Source of the DNA: Nannocystis bainbridge
GTDB taxonomy: Bacteria; Myxococcota_A; Polyangia; Nannocystales; Nannocystaceae
Direction: 5' to 3'
Assembly: GCF_028368995.1 (NCBI RefSeq)
Contig: NZ_JAQNDL010000001.1
Location: forward strand, 3,872,001-3,936,000
DNA length: 64,000 nucleotides
How positions within the stretch are numbered: position 1 is the stretch's first letter; every line of letters begins with the position of its first letter. Positions 1 through 10,178 of the stretch are shown piece after piece. A model generated the notes under the pieces. It did no database searches. It saw nothing but the letters and a program-made list of their open reading frames with translations, and was not told the DNA's origin. The position numbers and the translations under genes are program-made.

Positions 1-13
1 TTCGCATGGTCAT
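1..13 (-). CDS. 5' start of next gene, truncated by window edge (probably a DUF1592/DUF1588-type partner of DUF1552)
   Basis: Minus strand reads TGAGGAGGACG-ATGACCATGCGA: strong SD overlapping the DUF1552 stop; product inferred from usual operon context only. Confidence 0.35.
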
Positions 14-21
14 CGTCCTCC

Positions 22-1308
22 TCACACCAGGCTCGGGAGCGGGCCGTTGCCGACCATGGAGTTGCCGAAGGTCTCGTTGCTCAGGCCCATCGCCTGACAC
101 AGCGAGACCATCAGCTTGCCGTGCGACTCGCCGGCGAACTTGAGGTAACGACCGGTCTGCCAGCGCCCGCCCGCGCCGCCGGCAATCACGAACGGCACGC
201 CGGAGCAGGTGTGCAGCCGCGAGTCGCCCATCTCCTTGGCCCACACCACCACCGAGTTGTCGAGCATCGAGCCCTGCATGTCGGCCTCGGGCGTCATCGC
301 CAGCTTCTGCACGAGGTACTTGAACTGCTCGGCCATCCACCGCTCGCACTCGACGAACTGGGCCACGCCGGCCACGTTCGAGTCGTCGATGTGCGACAGC
401 GAGTGGTGACCCTCGGACACGCCGAGCCACGAGCACACCGTCGGGCTGACCGTGTGCGACAGCTGCAGCGAGGCCACGCGCGTCATGTCGCACGCCAGCG
501 CCGCCACCATCATGTCGATCTGCGCCGCGGTGATGTTCGGGAAGTTGGCGTTGTCCTGCGTGCCCCCGCCCATCGGCGCGTCGGGCAAGCCGCAGCCGAC
601 CGCGCCCATCAAGCCCTTCTCGACCTTGGCCAGCGCGTCGAGGTGAGCGTCGAGCTTGGGCCGCTCCTCGCTGCCGAGCCGCCCGCGCAGGCTGGTAGCC
701 TCGTCGACCAGCAGGTCGACCACCCGCTGCCGCCGGGCTCGCAGCGCCGCCGCGGCCTCGTCCCCGCCCATGAAGTCGCCGAACAGCCGGCCGTACACGT
801 GCATCGGGTCGTCGTCGGGCGTGACCCACGCGCCCGGACCCGAGTACGACATGCGCGTCTGCACGCCGCCGCCCCACGCCGACGTCTGGACCCCGAACTC
901 GAGCGAGGAGAAGCGCGTGTCCTGACCGATCTGCGCCGCCACGTATTGATCGATCGACATCCCGCCCGACTCGTCGGAGGCGGTGCCGCTGGCGGTCAAC
1001 ATCGCCGCCATGCCGCCCTCATGGTTGTCGGCGCCGAAGAAATCGAGGCCCTCGACCACGATCAGCTGATCTTGGATCTCCGTCAGCGGCTCGAGGATCG
1101 AGCCCGGCGGAAAGCTGAAGTTCGTCTCGGTCCCGCTCGGCTTCCACTGCTGCGGGATGGTGCCGTTGGGGCTGAAGAACACGATCAGCCGCTTGGCGGT
1201 CGGTCCGCCGTCAGCCCGACTGCTCGGCGCCGACAGCAGGTTCAAAAACGGGGCGGCGACCAGACCGATCCCGAGGCCGTGCAAGACGCTTCGACGACGT
1301 ATCGACAT
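22..1308 (-). CDS. DUF1552 domain protein with Tat signal
   Basis: MSIRRRSVLHGLG twin-Arg; KRLIVFFSPNG, SIDQYVA, ALACDMTRVA, HHSLSH, LDNSVVVW, PFVIAGG motifs; start moved to ATG 1308. Confidence 0.85.
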   Translation of the reverse strand: MSIRRRSVLHGLGIGLVAAPFLNLLSAPSSRADGGPTAKRLIVFFSPNGTIPQQWKPSGTETNFSFPPGSILEPLTEIQDQLIVVEGLDFFGADNHEGGMAAMLTASGTASDESGGMSIDQYVAAQIGQDTRFSSLEFGVQTSAWGGGVQTRMSYSGPGAWVTPDDDPMHVYGRLFGDFMGGDEAAAALRARRQRVVDLLVDEATSLRGRLGSEERPKLDAHLDALAKVEKGLMGAVGCGLPDAPMGGGTQDNANFPNITAAQIDMMVAALACDMTRVASLQLSHTVSPTVCSWLGVSEGHHSLSHIDDSNVAGVAQFVECERWMAEQFKYLVQKLAMTPEADMQGSMLDNSVVVWAKEMGDSRLHTCSGVPFVIAGGAGGRWQTGRYLKFAGESHGKLMVSLCQAMGLSNETFGNSMVGNGPLPSLV

Positions 1309-1779
1309 AGACTCGCACCTGAATAGCGAGGAGCGGCAGCTCTGTCGATACGCGTCGATTCGGGACATGGCGGGTCGTGTAAGCGAGCCCAGGCGCAGGC
1401 CCGCGCCGCTGCTCGCAGTTCACGCGCCCCGAGCCGCGCTCGCAGACTCCGCACAATGACAGCAGCGGGCGAGCGCATCGATCTGTCTCTCGGGACAGCA
1501 CGCCTCCGCGCCGCAGCCATGATTCGCGACGCGCCGCGGGGGGCCTGTCCCCCGGGACATGTCAGCTCCACGGCCGAGCCCGCCGGACCGTCGGCCGGAC
1601 ACGGCGCGAGGTCACCGGACCGCCGCTGCGTGCAATCGGCTCCTGGGGATCCGCCCGAGCTTCGCGCGTACCATATGTCCCAAGAGACATATGAATTGCG
1701 GTCGCTGACCTCGCATGGCCGCGAGGACAGGTCGAGTCCGCCGGAGACGATGTCCCCGAGTCACTCCGGACGCTCGCGC

Positions 1780-3153
1780 TCACCCGCGCGGGCGCACGTG
1801 CATGAGGATGCTGCCGCGCGGGCCGACGGGGATGTTGAAGCGGTGGCGGGCGTCGCTGTTCTCGGCGACCGGCGCGAACTCGTAGCGCAGCGCCAGGCGC
1901 GACAGCACGATCTTCGCCTCGAGCAGCGAGAAGTGCTGGCCGACGCAGCTGCGCGGGCCGGTGATGAAGGGCAGCCAGCGGTGGCCGACCGGCTCGTCGC
2001 CGAGGAAGCGGTCGGGGCGGAACGCCTCGGGCTCGGGCCAGTGGCGCGGGTCCTTGTGCAGCGCCTGCATGTGCACCATCACCTTGGTGCCGCGCGGGAT
2101 GACGAGCTCGCCGAAGCGGTCGTCGACGATCGCCTCGCGCACGACGATCGGCACGATGTTGTAGAGCCGCAGCGCCTCCTTGAGGCACGCGCCGGCGAAA
2201 TCGAGGCGCTTGAGCTGCTCGTAGTCGGGCACGCCGTCGCCCTTGAACACCAGGGCCGCGTCGGCGCGCAGCCGCTCGAGCTCGGCCGGCTGCTGCGTCA
2301 ACGCGTGCAGCGTCCACGTCAGCATCGCGCTCGAGGTGTCGTGGCCGGCGAACAGCATGGTCTTGAGCTCGTCGCTGACGAGCCGCTCGCTGTCCTCGGA
2401 CCAGGTGCCGTCGTCGAGGCTGGCGAGCAGCATGTCGAGCATGTCGCTCGGGCGCGCCTTGGGGTCGGCGCGCCGCTTCTGCATGCGCGCGCGGATCTTC
2501 TCGAGCAAAAAGGCGTCGAGCTGGGCCAGCGAGCGGTCGTAGCGGAACTTCGCGGGCGTCGGTAAATAGCCGCGGAAGGGCAGCCAGACCCGCTTGTTGG
2601 CCTCTTCGACGAGGGGCTCGTAGAGCCGCGGCAGCACGTCGTCGCTCTGGTGCGGCGGCATCTGCAGCGTCGCCTCGGCGATCACCTGCAGGGTCACCCG
2701 CCGCATCTGCGCGCCGATGTCGACCGGGAGGCCGCTGCGCGCGTGGGCGTCGAGCACCGCCCCCATGCGGTCGACCGCGCGGATCGACGCCTCGGCGACG
2801 TTGCGCAGCGCGTCGATGCGGAACGCCCGGGCCAGCACCGCCCGCTGGCGCTTCCACAGCTCGCCGTCGCTGGTCAAAAGGCCATGTCCGAGGATGTCGA
2901 GGAAGGCGCCCATGGCGCGCAGATCCTTGACGTAGTGATCGGCGGCGCCGACGATCACGTGGCGGATGAACTCGGGGTCCGAGGTGACGAGGTAGCTGGC
3001 GCCGGGGATCCGCAGCCGCACGGTGGGCCCGCGCTCCCGCAGCCAGCGCTCCGTCACGTCCCACGGCGCGCCCGCCATGAGCGCGGCCATGTGACCGACG
3101 ACGGGCAGCTTCTGCGGCGCATGCGGGACCTGATCGAGCATGCGGCGGAGCAT
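1780..3153 (-). CDS. Cytochrome P450
   Basis: I-helix FAGHDT, ExxR (EALR), PDRF, heme motif FITGPRSCVG. Confidence 0.95.
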   Translation of the reverse strand: MLRRMLDQVPHAPQKLPVVGHMAALMAGAPWDVTERWLRERGPTVRLRIPGASYLVTSDPEFIRHVIVGAADHYVKDLRAMGAFLDILGHGLLTSDGELWKRQRAVLARAFRIDALRNVAEASIRAVDRMGAVLDAHARSGLPVDIGAQMRRVTLQVIAEATLQMPPHQSDDVLPRLYEPLVEEANKRVWLPFRGYLPTPAKFRYDRSLAQLDAFLLEKIRARMQKRRADPKARPSDMLDMLLASLDDGTWSEDSERLVSDELKTMLFAGHDTSSAMLTWTLHALTQQPAELERLRADAALVFKGDGVPDYEQLKRLDFAGACLKEALRLYNIVPIVVREAIVDDRFGELVIPRGTKVMVHMQALHKDPRHWPEPEAFRPDRFLGDEPVGHRWLPFITGPRSCVGQHFSLLEAKIVLSRLALRYEFAPVAENSDARHRFNIPVGPRGSILMHVRPRG

Positions 3154-3275
3154 CGACCCCAGGCCCGGGCCCGCGCAAGACCGGCCGGCCCCGAGTGTGC
3201 GGTGAGCCCGCTCAAGATCACGCGGATGCTCGCGAATTTGCCCGGGGTGCGCCTCCCTGTGCTAGAAACCCGGGC

Positions 3276-3731
3276 ATGCGCGCCCTCGGCCTCGACGTCG
3301 GTAGCAAGACGATCGGCGTCGCCGTGTCCGACCCGAGCGGCACGATCGCCAGCCCGCGCGAGGTCCTCACGCGCCGGGGTCACGCGGAGGACGCAGCCGC
3401 CATCGCCGCGCTCGCCCGCGACCTCGAAGCCGCCGACGTCGTCGTCGGCCTCCCGCTCGAGCTCGACGGCTCGGTCGGCCACCGCGCCCGCCAGGTCCAG
3501 CGCTTCCTCGCCGTCCTCGAGCCCCTGCTCGCCGCGCTGCCCGGCTCGCCGCGCGCGTCCACCTGGGACGAGCGCTTCAGCACCGCCGGGGCCGAGCGCG
3601 CCCTGCTGCAGGCCGACGTGTCCCGCACCCGCCGCAAGCAGGTCATCGACGCCGCCGCGGCCCAGTTCATCCTCGAGGGCTGGCTCGAAGGCCAGCGCCG
3701 AAGGGACATGTCCGGAGGGACAGGTACATGA
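3276..3731 (+). CDS. ruvX: Holliday junction resolvase RuvX/YqgF
   Basis: [41 protein letters not shown]; overlaps mltG start (ATGA). Confidence 0.93.
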   Translation: MRALGLDVGSKTIGVAVSDPSGTIASPREVLTRRGHAEDAAAIAALARDLEAADVVVGLPLELDGSVGHRARQVQRFLAVLEPLLAALPGSPRASTWDERFSTAGAERALLQADVSRTRRKQVIDAAAAQFILEGWLEGQRRRDMSGGTGT

Positions 3732-4909
3732 CGCGGGCCGCCGGCAAGCGCCTGCCGTGGTGGCGCCCGCGACGGTCCCGCTGGGCGCAGTACGTCGCCC
3801 TCGCGGTGGTGGCGGTCACGCTGGTGGTCGGCGGCGTGTGGCTGTCGCGCACGTACCAGCGGGTGATCGACTATCCGGAGCGGCCGGGGGTCGGCAGCGC
3901 CGAGCCGATCGCCGTCGAGGTCGCCAAGGGCGCCAGCTTCCCGCAGGTGTTGACGCAGCTGCTCGAGGCCGGCGTGATCCCCGAGGACGAGGGCCTCTAC
4001 TTCAAGCTGTTCGTGCTCCACCGCGGCGCCGCCGGCAAGATCACCGCCGGCGCGCACAGCTTCCGCGGCGACATGACGCCCGAGCAGGTGCTCGCCGAGC
4101 TGATCCGGGCCCAGCGCACCGAAGAGACGCGGGTGACGATCCCCGAGGGCCGCAACATCCTCGAGGTCGCCGACATCCTCGCGGTCGCCGGCTACGGCGA
4201 CGCCTCGGTGATCCTGGCCGCGATGCGCGATCCTGCCCTGCTCAAGGAGTTCGGGATCGAGGGCGAGAGCGTCGAGGGTTACCTCTACCCCGACACTTAC
4301 AAGTTCCCGACCGAGGCCACGCCCGAGCAGGTGGTCCGCCGCATGGTCGAGCAGCACCGCAAGGTCTACGACAACCTCAAGCGCAGCCATCGCGAGGCGC
4401 TCGAGGAGCTGCGCAAGACCCTCGGCTGGGGCGACCGCGAGATCATCATCATGGCGTCGCTGGTCGAGAAGGAGACCGCCGCCAAGCACGAGCGGCCGCT
4501 CATCGCCGGCGTGTTCCTCAACCGCCTGCGCTTCTCGTCGTTCCAGCCCAAGCGGCTCGAGACCGACCCGACGATCATCTACGGCTGCACGGCGGCGGTG
4601 AAGAAGTCGGCGGCCTGCGAGAAGTTCGAGGGCCGCATCCGCCGGATCCACCTGCGCGACCCCGACAACCCGTACAACACATACACGCACGAGGGCCTGC
4701 CGCCGGGCCCGATCACGAACGCCGGCAAGTCCGCGTTCGAGGCCGTGCTGGCGCCGAAGAAGTCGCGCTTCCTGTACTTCGTGTCGCGCAACGACAAGAC
4801 CCACCAGTTCTCGAAGACGCTCGCCGAGCACGAGGCCGCGGTCGAGAAGTACATGCGCCAGGGCGCCGTGGGCGACGGCTCCGCCGCTGGCGCCGCCGAC
4901 GCCGAGTGA
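3728..4909 (+). CDS. mltG: Endolytic transglycosylase MltG
   Basis: N-terminal [43 protein letters not shown]. Confidence 0.95.
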   Translation: MTRAAGKRLPWWRPRRSRWAQYVALAVVAVTLVVGGVWLSRTYQRVIDYPERPGVGSAEPIAVEVAKGASFPQVLTQLLEAGVIPEDEGLYFKLFVLHRGAAGKITAGAHSFRGDMTPEQVLAELIRAQRTEETRVTIPEGRNILEVADILAVAGYGDASVILAAMRDPALLKEFGIEGESVEGYLYPDTYKFPTEATPEQVVRRMVEQHRKVYDNLKRSHREALEELRKTLGWGDREIIIMASLVEKETAAKHERPLIAGVFLNRLRFSSFQPKRLETDPTIIYGCTAAVKKSAACEKFEGRIRRIHLRDPDNPYNTYTHEGLPPGPITNAGKSAFEAVLAPKKSRFLYFVSRNDKTHQFSKTLAEHEAAVEKYMRQGAVGDGSAAGAADAE

Positions 4910-4912
4910 CGG

Positions 4913-5000
4913 CATGTCCCTCGGGGCATGTCGATCTCAACATGCCCGAAACGCCATGTCCGAAGAGACATGGCCGGTCGCGCATGTCCCTCGGGACACG
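4913..5000. repeat. 14-bp-period palindromic array (TGTC-N6-GACA units)
   Basis: CATG/CACG cores at 4913, 4927, 4941, 4955, 4969, 4983, 4997. Confidence 0.9.
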
Positions 5001-5019
5001 TAGCGAGGACGCCGCGGGC

Positions 5020-5778
5020 TCAGGGCTTCGGCGCGCTCGCCAGGGCGAGCTGCAGCTCGACGAGGGCCCAGCGATCGCCGGTGCGGGCGAACGTCAGCCG
5101 GTGCGGTGGTTCACGCGTCGTCACGATCACCCGCCGCTCGCCGACCGGCTCGCGCGAGGCGATCACCAGCTCGCCGGCGAGGGCTGCCAGCAGCCCGGGC
5201 AGGCGGTTCTCGGTGAACAGCAGGTGATCGTCGAGCGCGCGCGTGAGGCTGGCCAGGGCCTCCGCGCGCAGCTCCGGGCTGGCGGCCTCGTCGCGGACCG
5301 TCGCCGCCAGGCGCTGCAATTCGGCGACGATCGCCTCCGGCTCGCCGTCGAGGCCGCGCATGCGCACGAACTCGTTGCCCGGGCGGGCGATCGCCGTGCG
5401 AATCGCGTCGAGCTGACCGCGGGCCTCGCGGGGCGCGTCGAGGGCGACCAGCTCGCGCGCCTCGCCGACCCGCTGAAGCCGCTCTTTCGGGTTGTTCTGG
5501 CTGAATTCCCACACTTCGAGCCGCGGCGCCGCGCCCGGACTCGCCACCGCCACGCCGATCTCCGCCCGGCCCTTGTGACCGTCGGCGAGCTCGAACACCG
5601 GGCGAACCGCGAGCCCCGCCGGAATCGCCTCGTGCAGCGCCGGCGCGTACAGCCACGGCTCGGGCGCGCGTGCGGGGGTCTGCGCGGGCGGCGGCGGCAG
5701 GTCGACCGCGGGCCCTTGCGGGCAGCCGGGCGCGAACGCGAGCGAAGCGGCGAGCAGAGCGGTGCGGAGGGGAGTCAC
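5020..5778 (-). CDS. Hypothetical lipoprotein
   Basis: Signal peptide ending APGC, Pro-rich linker, coding-like codon bias. Confidence 0.65.
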   Translation of the reverse strand: MTPLRTALLAASLAFAPGCPQGPAVDLPPPPAQTPARAPEPWLYAPALHEAIPAGLAVRPVFELADGHKGRAEIGVAVASPGAAPRLEVWEFSQNNPKERLQRVGEARELVALDAPREARGQLDAIRTAIARPGNEFVRMRGLDGEPEAIVAELQRLAATVRDEAASPELRAEALASLTRALDDHLLFTENRLPGLLAALAGELVIASREPVGERRVIVTTREPPHRLTFARTGDRWALVELQLALASAPKP

Positions 5779-5840
5779 CGGGCTTGCACAGGGTGGGACG
5801 GTGGAGGCGCCAAGGTCAAGCGTGATAGCCTCGGCTCGAG

Positions 5841-6950
5841 ATGGACCTCGCGCGACGGAGCCTTGCGGTGGCGATGGCCGCCAGTGTGTGCCTCAGCACT
5901 TCGGGGATCGGTGAGGCAGCCGCGGCGGCCTCGCGGCCCGTGCTGGCGCTCGCGGCCCCTGGCGAGGGTGGCGAGCAGCAGGGGTCCAAGCTGGCGATCT
6001 TGCCGCTGGTGGTCGAGGGTTCGCTGAGCGAGGCCGACCAGAACTCGCTGACGCAATCGCTCATCAGCGGCCTGCAGCGCGGCAGCTTCACCGTCCTCGC
6101 GCCCGAGCAGGTCATCGCCGCCGACAGCGGCGCCGCCAGCTGCGACAACGCCGTCTGTTACAAGTCGATCGCCACCAAGACCAGCGCCGCCTACATCGTC
6201 CGCGCCGCCGTCACCGTGCGCGACCGCGACTACAACGTCCACGTCGACCTCTTCAACGGCGCCGACGGTCAGCGCATCGCCGCCACCCAGGATGGTTGCG
6301 AGATCTGCGGCGTCGTCGACGCCAGCGGTCTCATCGACTCCGCCGCCGCCACCCTGCGCCTCAAGCTCGACGCCCTCGCCAAGGGTCCGGCCTCCTTCAA
6401 GCTGCAGACCGACCCGCCCGGCGCGCTCGTCACCATCGACGGCGAGATCGCCGGCACCACCCCGCTGAACCGCCCCACGGTCCCCGGCAAGCACATCATC
6501 CGGATCAGCAAGGAGGGCTTCATCGCCCTCGAGCGCGAGGTGACCTTCGTCGAGGGCGTCGGCGAGGAGCTGCAGTACTCGCTGGAGAAGCTGCCGAGCC
6601 GTCTGCCCGGCAAGCGCTGGGGCTACGCCTCGATCGCCGTCGGCATCCTCGGGATCGGCGGCGGCATCGCCCTCACCGCCATCGACGGCCGCAACTACTC
6701 GCTCGACTGCGCCGGCGAGAACGTGATGAACCCCGGCATCACCGGCGAAAAGGAGTGCAAGTACCTCTTCAACACGAAGTGGTACGGCGTCGCCGCCACC
6801 CTCGCCGGCGCGGCCCTCCTCACCCTCGGCACCGTCATCCTCATCAACTCCCGCTCCAAGACCGACGCCGGTGACAAGCGCGCCGCTCGCCGCGGCACCC
6901 GGCAGCTCGGCATCGGCCCGGGCAGCCTGATCTTCCGCGGACAATTCTGA
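5841..6950 (+). CDS. PEGA-domain membrane/exported protein
   Basis: TDPPGALVTIDGEIAGTTPL..PGKHIIRISKEGF PEGA motif; signal peptide; two C-terminal hydrophobic helices. Confidence 0.85.
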   Translation: MDLARRSLAVAMAASVCLSTSGIGEAAAAASRPVLALAAPGEGGEQQGSKLAILPLVVEGSLSEADQNSLTQSLISGLQRGSFTVLAPEQVIAADSGAASCDNAVCYKSIATKTSAAYIVRAAVTVRDRDYNVHVDLFNGADGQRIAATQDGCEICGVVDASGLIDSAAATLRLKLDALAKGPASFKLQTDPPGALVTIDGEIAGTTPLNRPTVPGKHIIRISKEGFIALEREVTFVEGVGEELQYSLEKLPSRLPGKRWGYASIAVGILGIGGGIALTAIDGRNYSLDCAGENVMNPGITGEKECKYLFNTKWYGVAATLAGAALLTLGTVILINSRSKTDAGDKRAARRGTRQLGIGPGSLIFRGQF

Positions 6951-7143
6951 TCGCTGCCTGCCTGAGCTTCGGGACATGTCCGATGCGGCATGTCCTGAGA
7001 GTCAGCTGAACGCTCGCCGACCCGGGCGGCTGCCCGCGGGACCACGAGGCTGAATCAGCCCGTCGCGGCCCGTTTGGGTCACGAGCGGCGAGTGCAGCGA
7101 GCCTTCGCTGTCCCAGGTCTCGTGCCGATTCACCGGCCCGCGC

Positions 7144-7848
7144 TCACGCGCCGGTCATCTGCGCCCACGCGTCCACCGCCAGCCACGTCGTGCTCGTCGC
7201 CGCGAACGGCATCACCCCCAGGCACGGCAGCCCGCTCGCCGCCGCGATCACGGCCGGGTTGTGGGTGCGCGCCGCGTCCGGGCTGCTGTGCGTGTCGACC
7301 AGGAAGAACCCACGCGGCGGCAGGCCCAGCGCCCGCAGGCCGAAGATCGTCAGCAGCGCGTGGTTGACCCCGCCGAGGCCGAGGCGGCCGACCACCACCG
7401 GCGCCGCGGCCAGCCCGGCGATCCACGCCGGCAGCCACGTCCCGCCGGGCATCGGCACCCACAGCCCGCCCGCGCCCTCGATCAGCGTCACCGCGGGCCG
7501 GTGCTTCGCCTCGAGCGCCTCCATGGTCCTTCGGACATGCCCGATCGGCCCTGTCTCTCGCAGCATGTCCTGGGAGACATCCAGCCGCGGACCCTGCGAG
7601 AACCTCTGCGCGTCCTCGACGATGCCGGGCGCCAGCGGCTCGGCGAAGCGCAGCGGGCAGATCTCGCTGGCGGTCACGCCGAGGTCGCTGGCGGCGGCGA
7701 GGCGCTCGGGGTCACCGCTCGGCCCCTCGGGTCCGCTCGCGGCCGGCTTGAACGGCAGCGCACGCAGGCCCGCCCCCGCGGCCGCTCGCAGGAGCGCGCA
7801 CGCGAGGGTCGTCTTGCCGCAGTCGGTGTCGGTGCCGACCAGGAACAC
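7144..7848 (-). CDS. bioD: Dethiobiotin synthase
   Basis: FLVGTDTDCGKT P-loop, FKPAASG, EPLAP, IEGAGGLWVP, LGGVNHALLT. Confidence 0.9.
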   Translation of the reverse strand: MFLVGTDTDCGKTTLACALLRAAAGAGLRALPFKPAASGPEGPSGDPERLAAASDLGVTASEICPLRFAEPLAPGIVEDAQRFSQGPRLDVSQDMLRETGPIGHVRRTMEALEAKHRPAVTLIEGAGGLWVPMPGGTWLPAWIAGLAAAPVVVGRLGLGGVNHALLTIFGLRALGLPPRGFFLVDTHSSPDAARTHNPAVIAAASGLPCLGVMPFAATSTTWLAVDAWAQMTGA

Positions 7849-7895
7849 CCGCGGCGGGCCTGCCCACGCGGCAGGCCCGGGGTCGCCGCTCGGGC

Positions 7896-8972
<1,077 letters not shown>

Positions 8973-9022
8973 GGTCGCTCCGGTGCTGCTGGTGGTTCGA
9001 GGGGGTGATGCGGCCGGTGGTT

Positions 9023-9400
9023 TCAGGCCAGGCCCGCGCCGAGGGCCTCGGTCTCGAGCTCGACGAACTCGAGGTTGCTCAGGCCGAACACATCGGCGAG
9101 CTCGGCGAGCGCGCGGCGCTCGGCCAGGCTGGTGTGCCCGTCACGGTGGACCAGGGCGATCGCGGTCTTGAGGAAGATCCGCCGCAGGTAGGTCTTGTCG
9201 AGCACCTGCACCGCCTCGAACTTGCTGAAGCTGCTGGCCTTCAGGTCGTCGAGCGTGATCTCTGCCCCCGACTCGCGCAGGAATTCGCCGATGAGCTCCG
9301 CCTCCCGCGGATCGATGCCGTCGACGCTGGCGAGGTGGTGCAGACCGCGGGCGAACACGTCGATCTCCTCGGGGGTCATGCTGCCTTGCTGGCTCTCCAT
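9023..9400 (-). CDS. TerB-like (tellurite-resistance family) protein
   Basis: LASVDGIDPRE and VHRDGHTSLAERRAL repeats typical of TerB fold; start ATG 9400. Confidence 0.7.
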   Translation of the reverse strand: MESQQGSMTPEEIDVFARGLHHLASVDGIDPREAELIGEFLRESGAEITLDDLKASSFSKFEAVQVLDKTYLRRIFLKTAIALVHRDGHTSLAERRALAELADVFGLSNLEFVELETEALGAGLA

Positions 9401-9520
9401 GGCCCGGAATGGTACGGGCATGGCACCGTCGCCGCCAGCGCCGGCCGCAAATAGAAAACGCCCGCGGTCCAGCTTGGACCGCGGGCGTCGCACGACTCGA
9501 CGCCACCAAGCAGAGAGCGT

Positions 9521-10048
9521 CTAGAGAACCTCGAATTCGCGGGTGAGCAGCAGTTGCGCGGGCTCGTCCCCCGCCAGCGTGAACACTTCGACCTTCCACG
9601 GGCCGCGCTGCTCAGGCCCCAGCGGATGGCTGGCCGCGAGCGCGAGCGTGGTCGTCGGCGCGAGGACGCCCGGGACCTCTTCGCGCGAGTCACCGTACGT
9701 CCACACGAAAGTCACGGGCCGCGGCTCGAGCAGCCTGTCGGCGCGCAGGTGCAGGTGCACCGAGCCCGACTCGGCCGGGAACGTCGCAGCGTCGACCAGC
9801 GGCCCGGCCGCCTGCGCCGCCAGCACGGCCGCGACCTGCACGGCGTGTCCGACCGGGCGGGCGGGCGTGGCCGCGAACGCGGCCTGGGACGACGAGAGAT
9901 CGGAGCGGAGTTGCCCGTCGGGCAGGATGTGCTCGGGAGTGATGGGCGCGTCGACGCAGCCCACCACGAGCACGGCCGTAACCAGGGAGAGCAGGTTCGT
10001 GGTCCGCAAGCAGAAAACTTGACATGCCGGTCCCGTGCCAGGGCCCAT
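9521..10048 (-). CDS. Putative lipoprotein with DUF2914-like C-terminal domain (start uncertain)
   Basis: VLVVGC lipobox; VTFVW..G.WKVEV..L..REFEV pattern. Confidence 0.6.
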   Translation of the reverse strand: MGPGTGPACQVFCLRTTNLLSLVTAVLVVGCVDAPITPEHILPDGQLRSDLSSSQAAFAATPARPVGHAVQVAAVLAAQAAGPLVDAATFPAESGSVHLHLRADRLLEPRPVTFVWTYGDSREEVPGVLAPTTTLALAASHPLGPEQRGPWKVEVFTLAGDEPAQLLLTREFEVL

Positions 10049-10178
10049 GATCAGTGTTTCAGGTGACTTGGCTATGAGCGCGAGAACCGCTCGCGACAAA
10101 AACCATCATGGTCGCGATGATTCGTAGATTTGCGCCGGAGGCCCCTACATCGACCCTCGGCTGGGGCCGGCGAACGTT

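Noticed and set aside
1780-3153. P450 as sterol demethylase CYP51
   Set aside because: Heme-loop and other motifs are generic; no CYP51-specific signature recognised
4913-5000. 14-bp arrays as a CRISPR array
   Set aside because: Period far too short (14 bp against about 60-75 bp), no unique 30-bp spacers and no cas genes in the window
2650-6027. 1125-aa ORF and other long overlapping ORFs (10130-13423, 10182-13493, 24361-26628, 54583-56952, 59369-61522)
   Set aside because: Shadow ORFs of high-GC DNA: Arg/Ala/Pro-rich, no motifs, overlap well-supported genes
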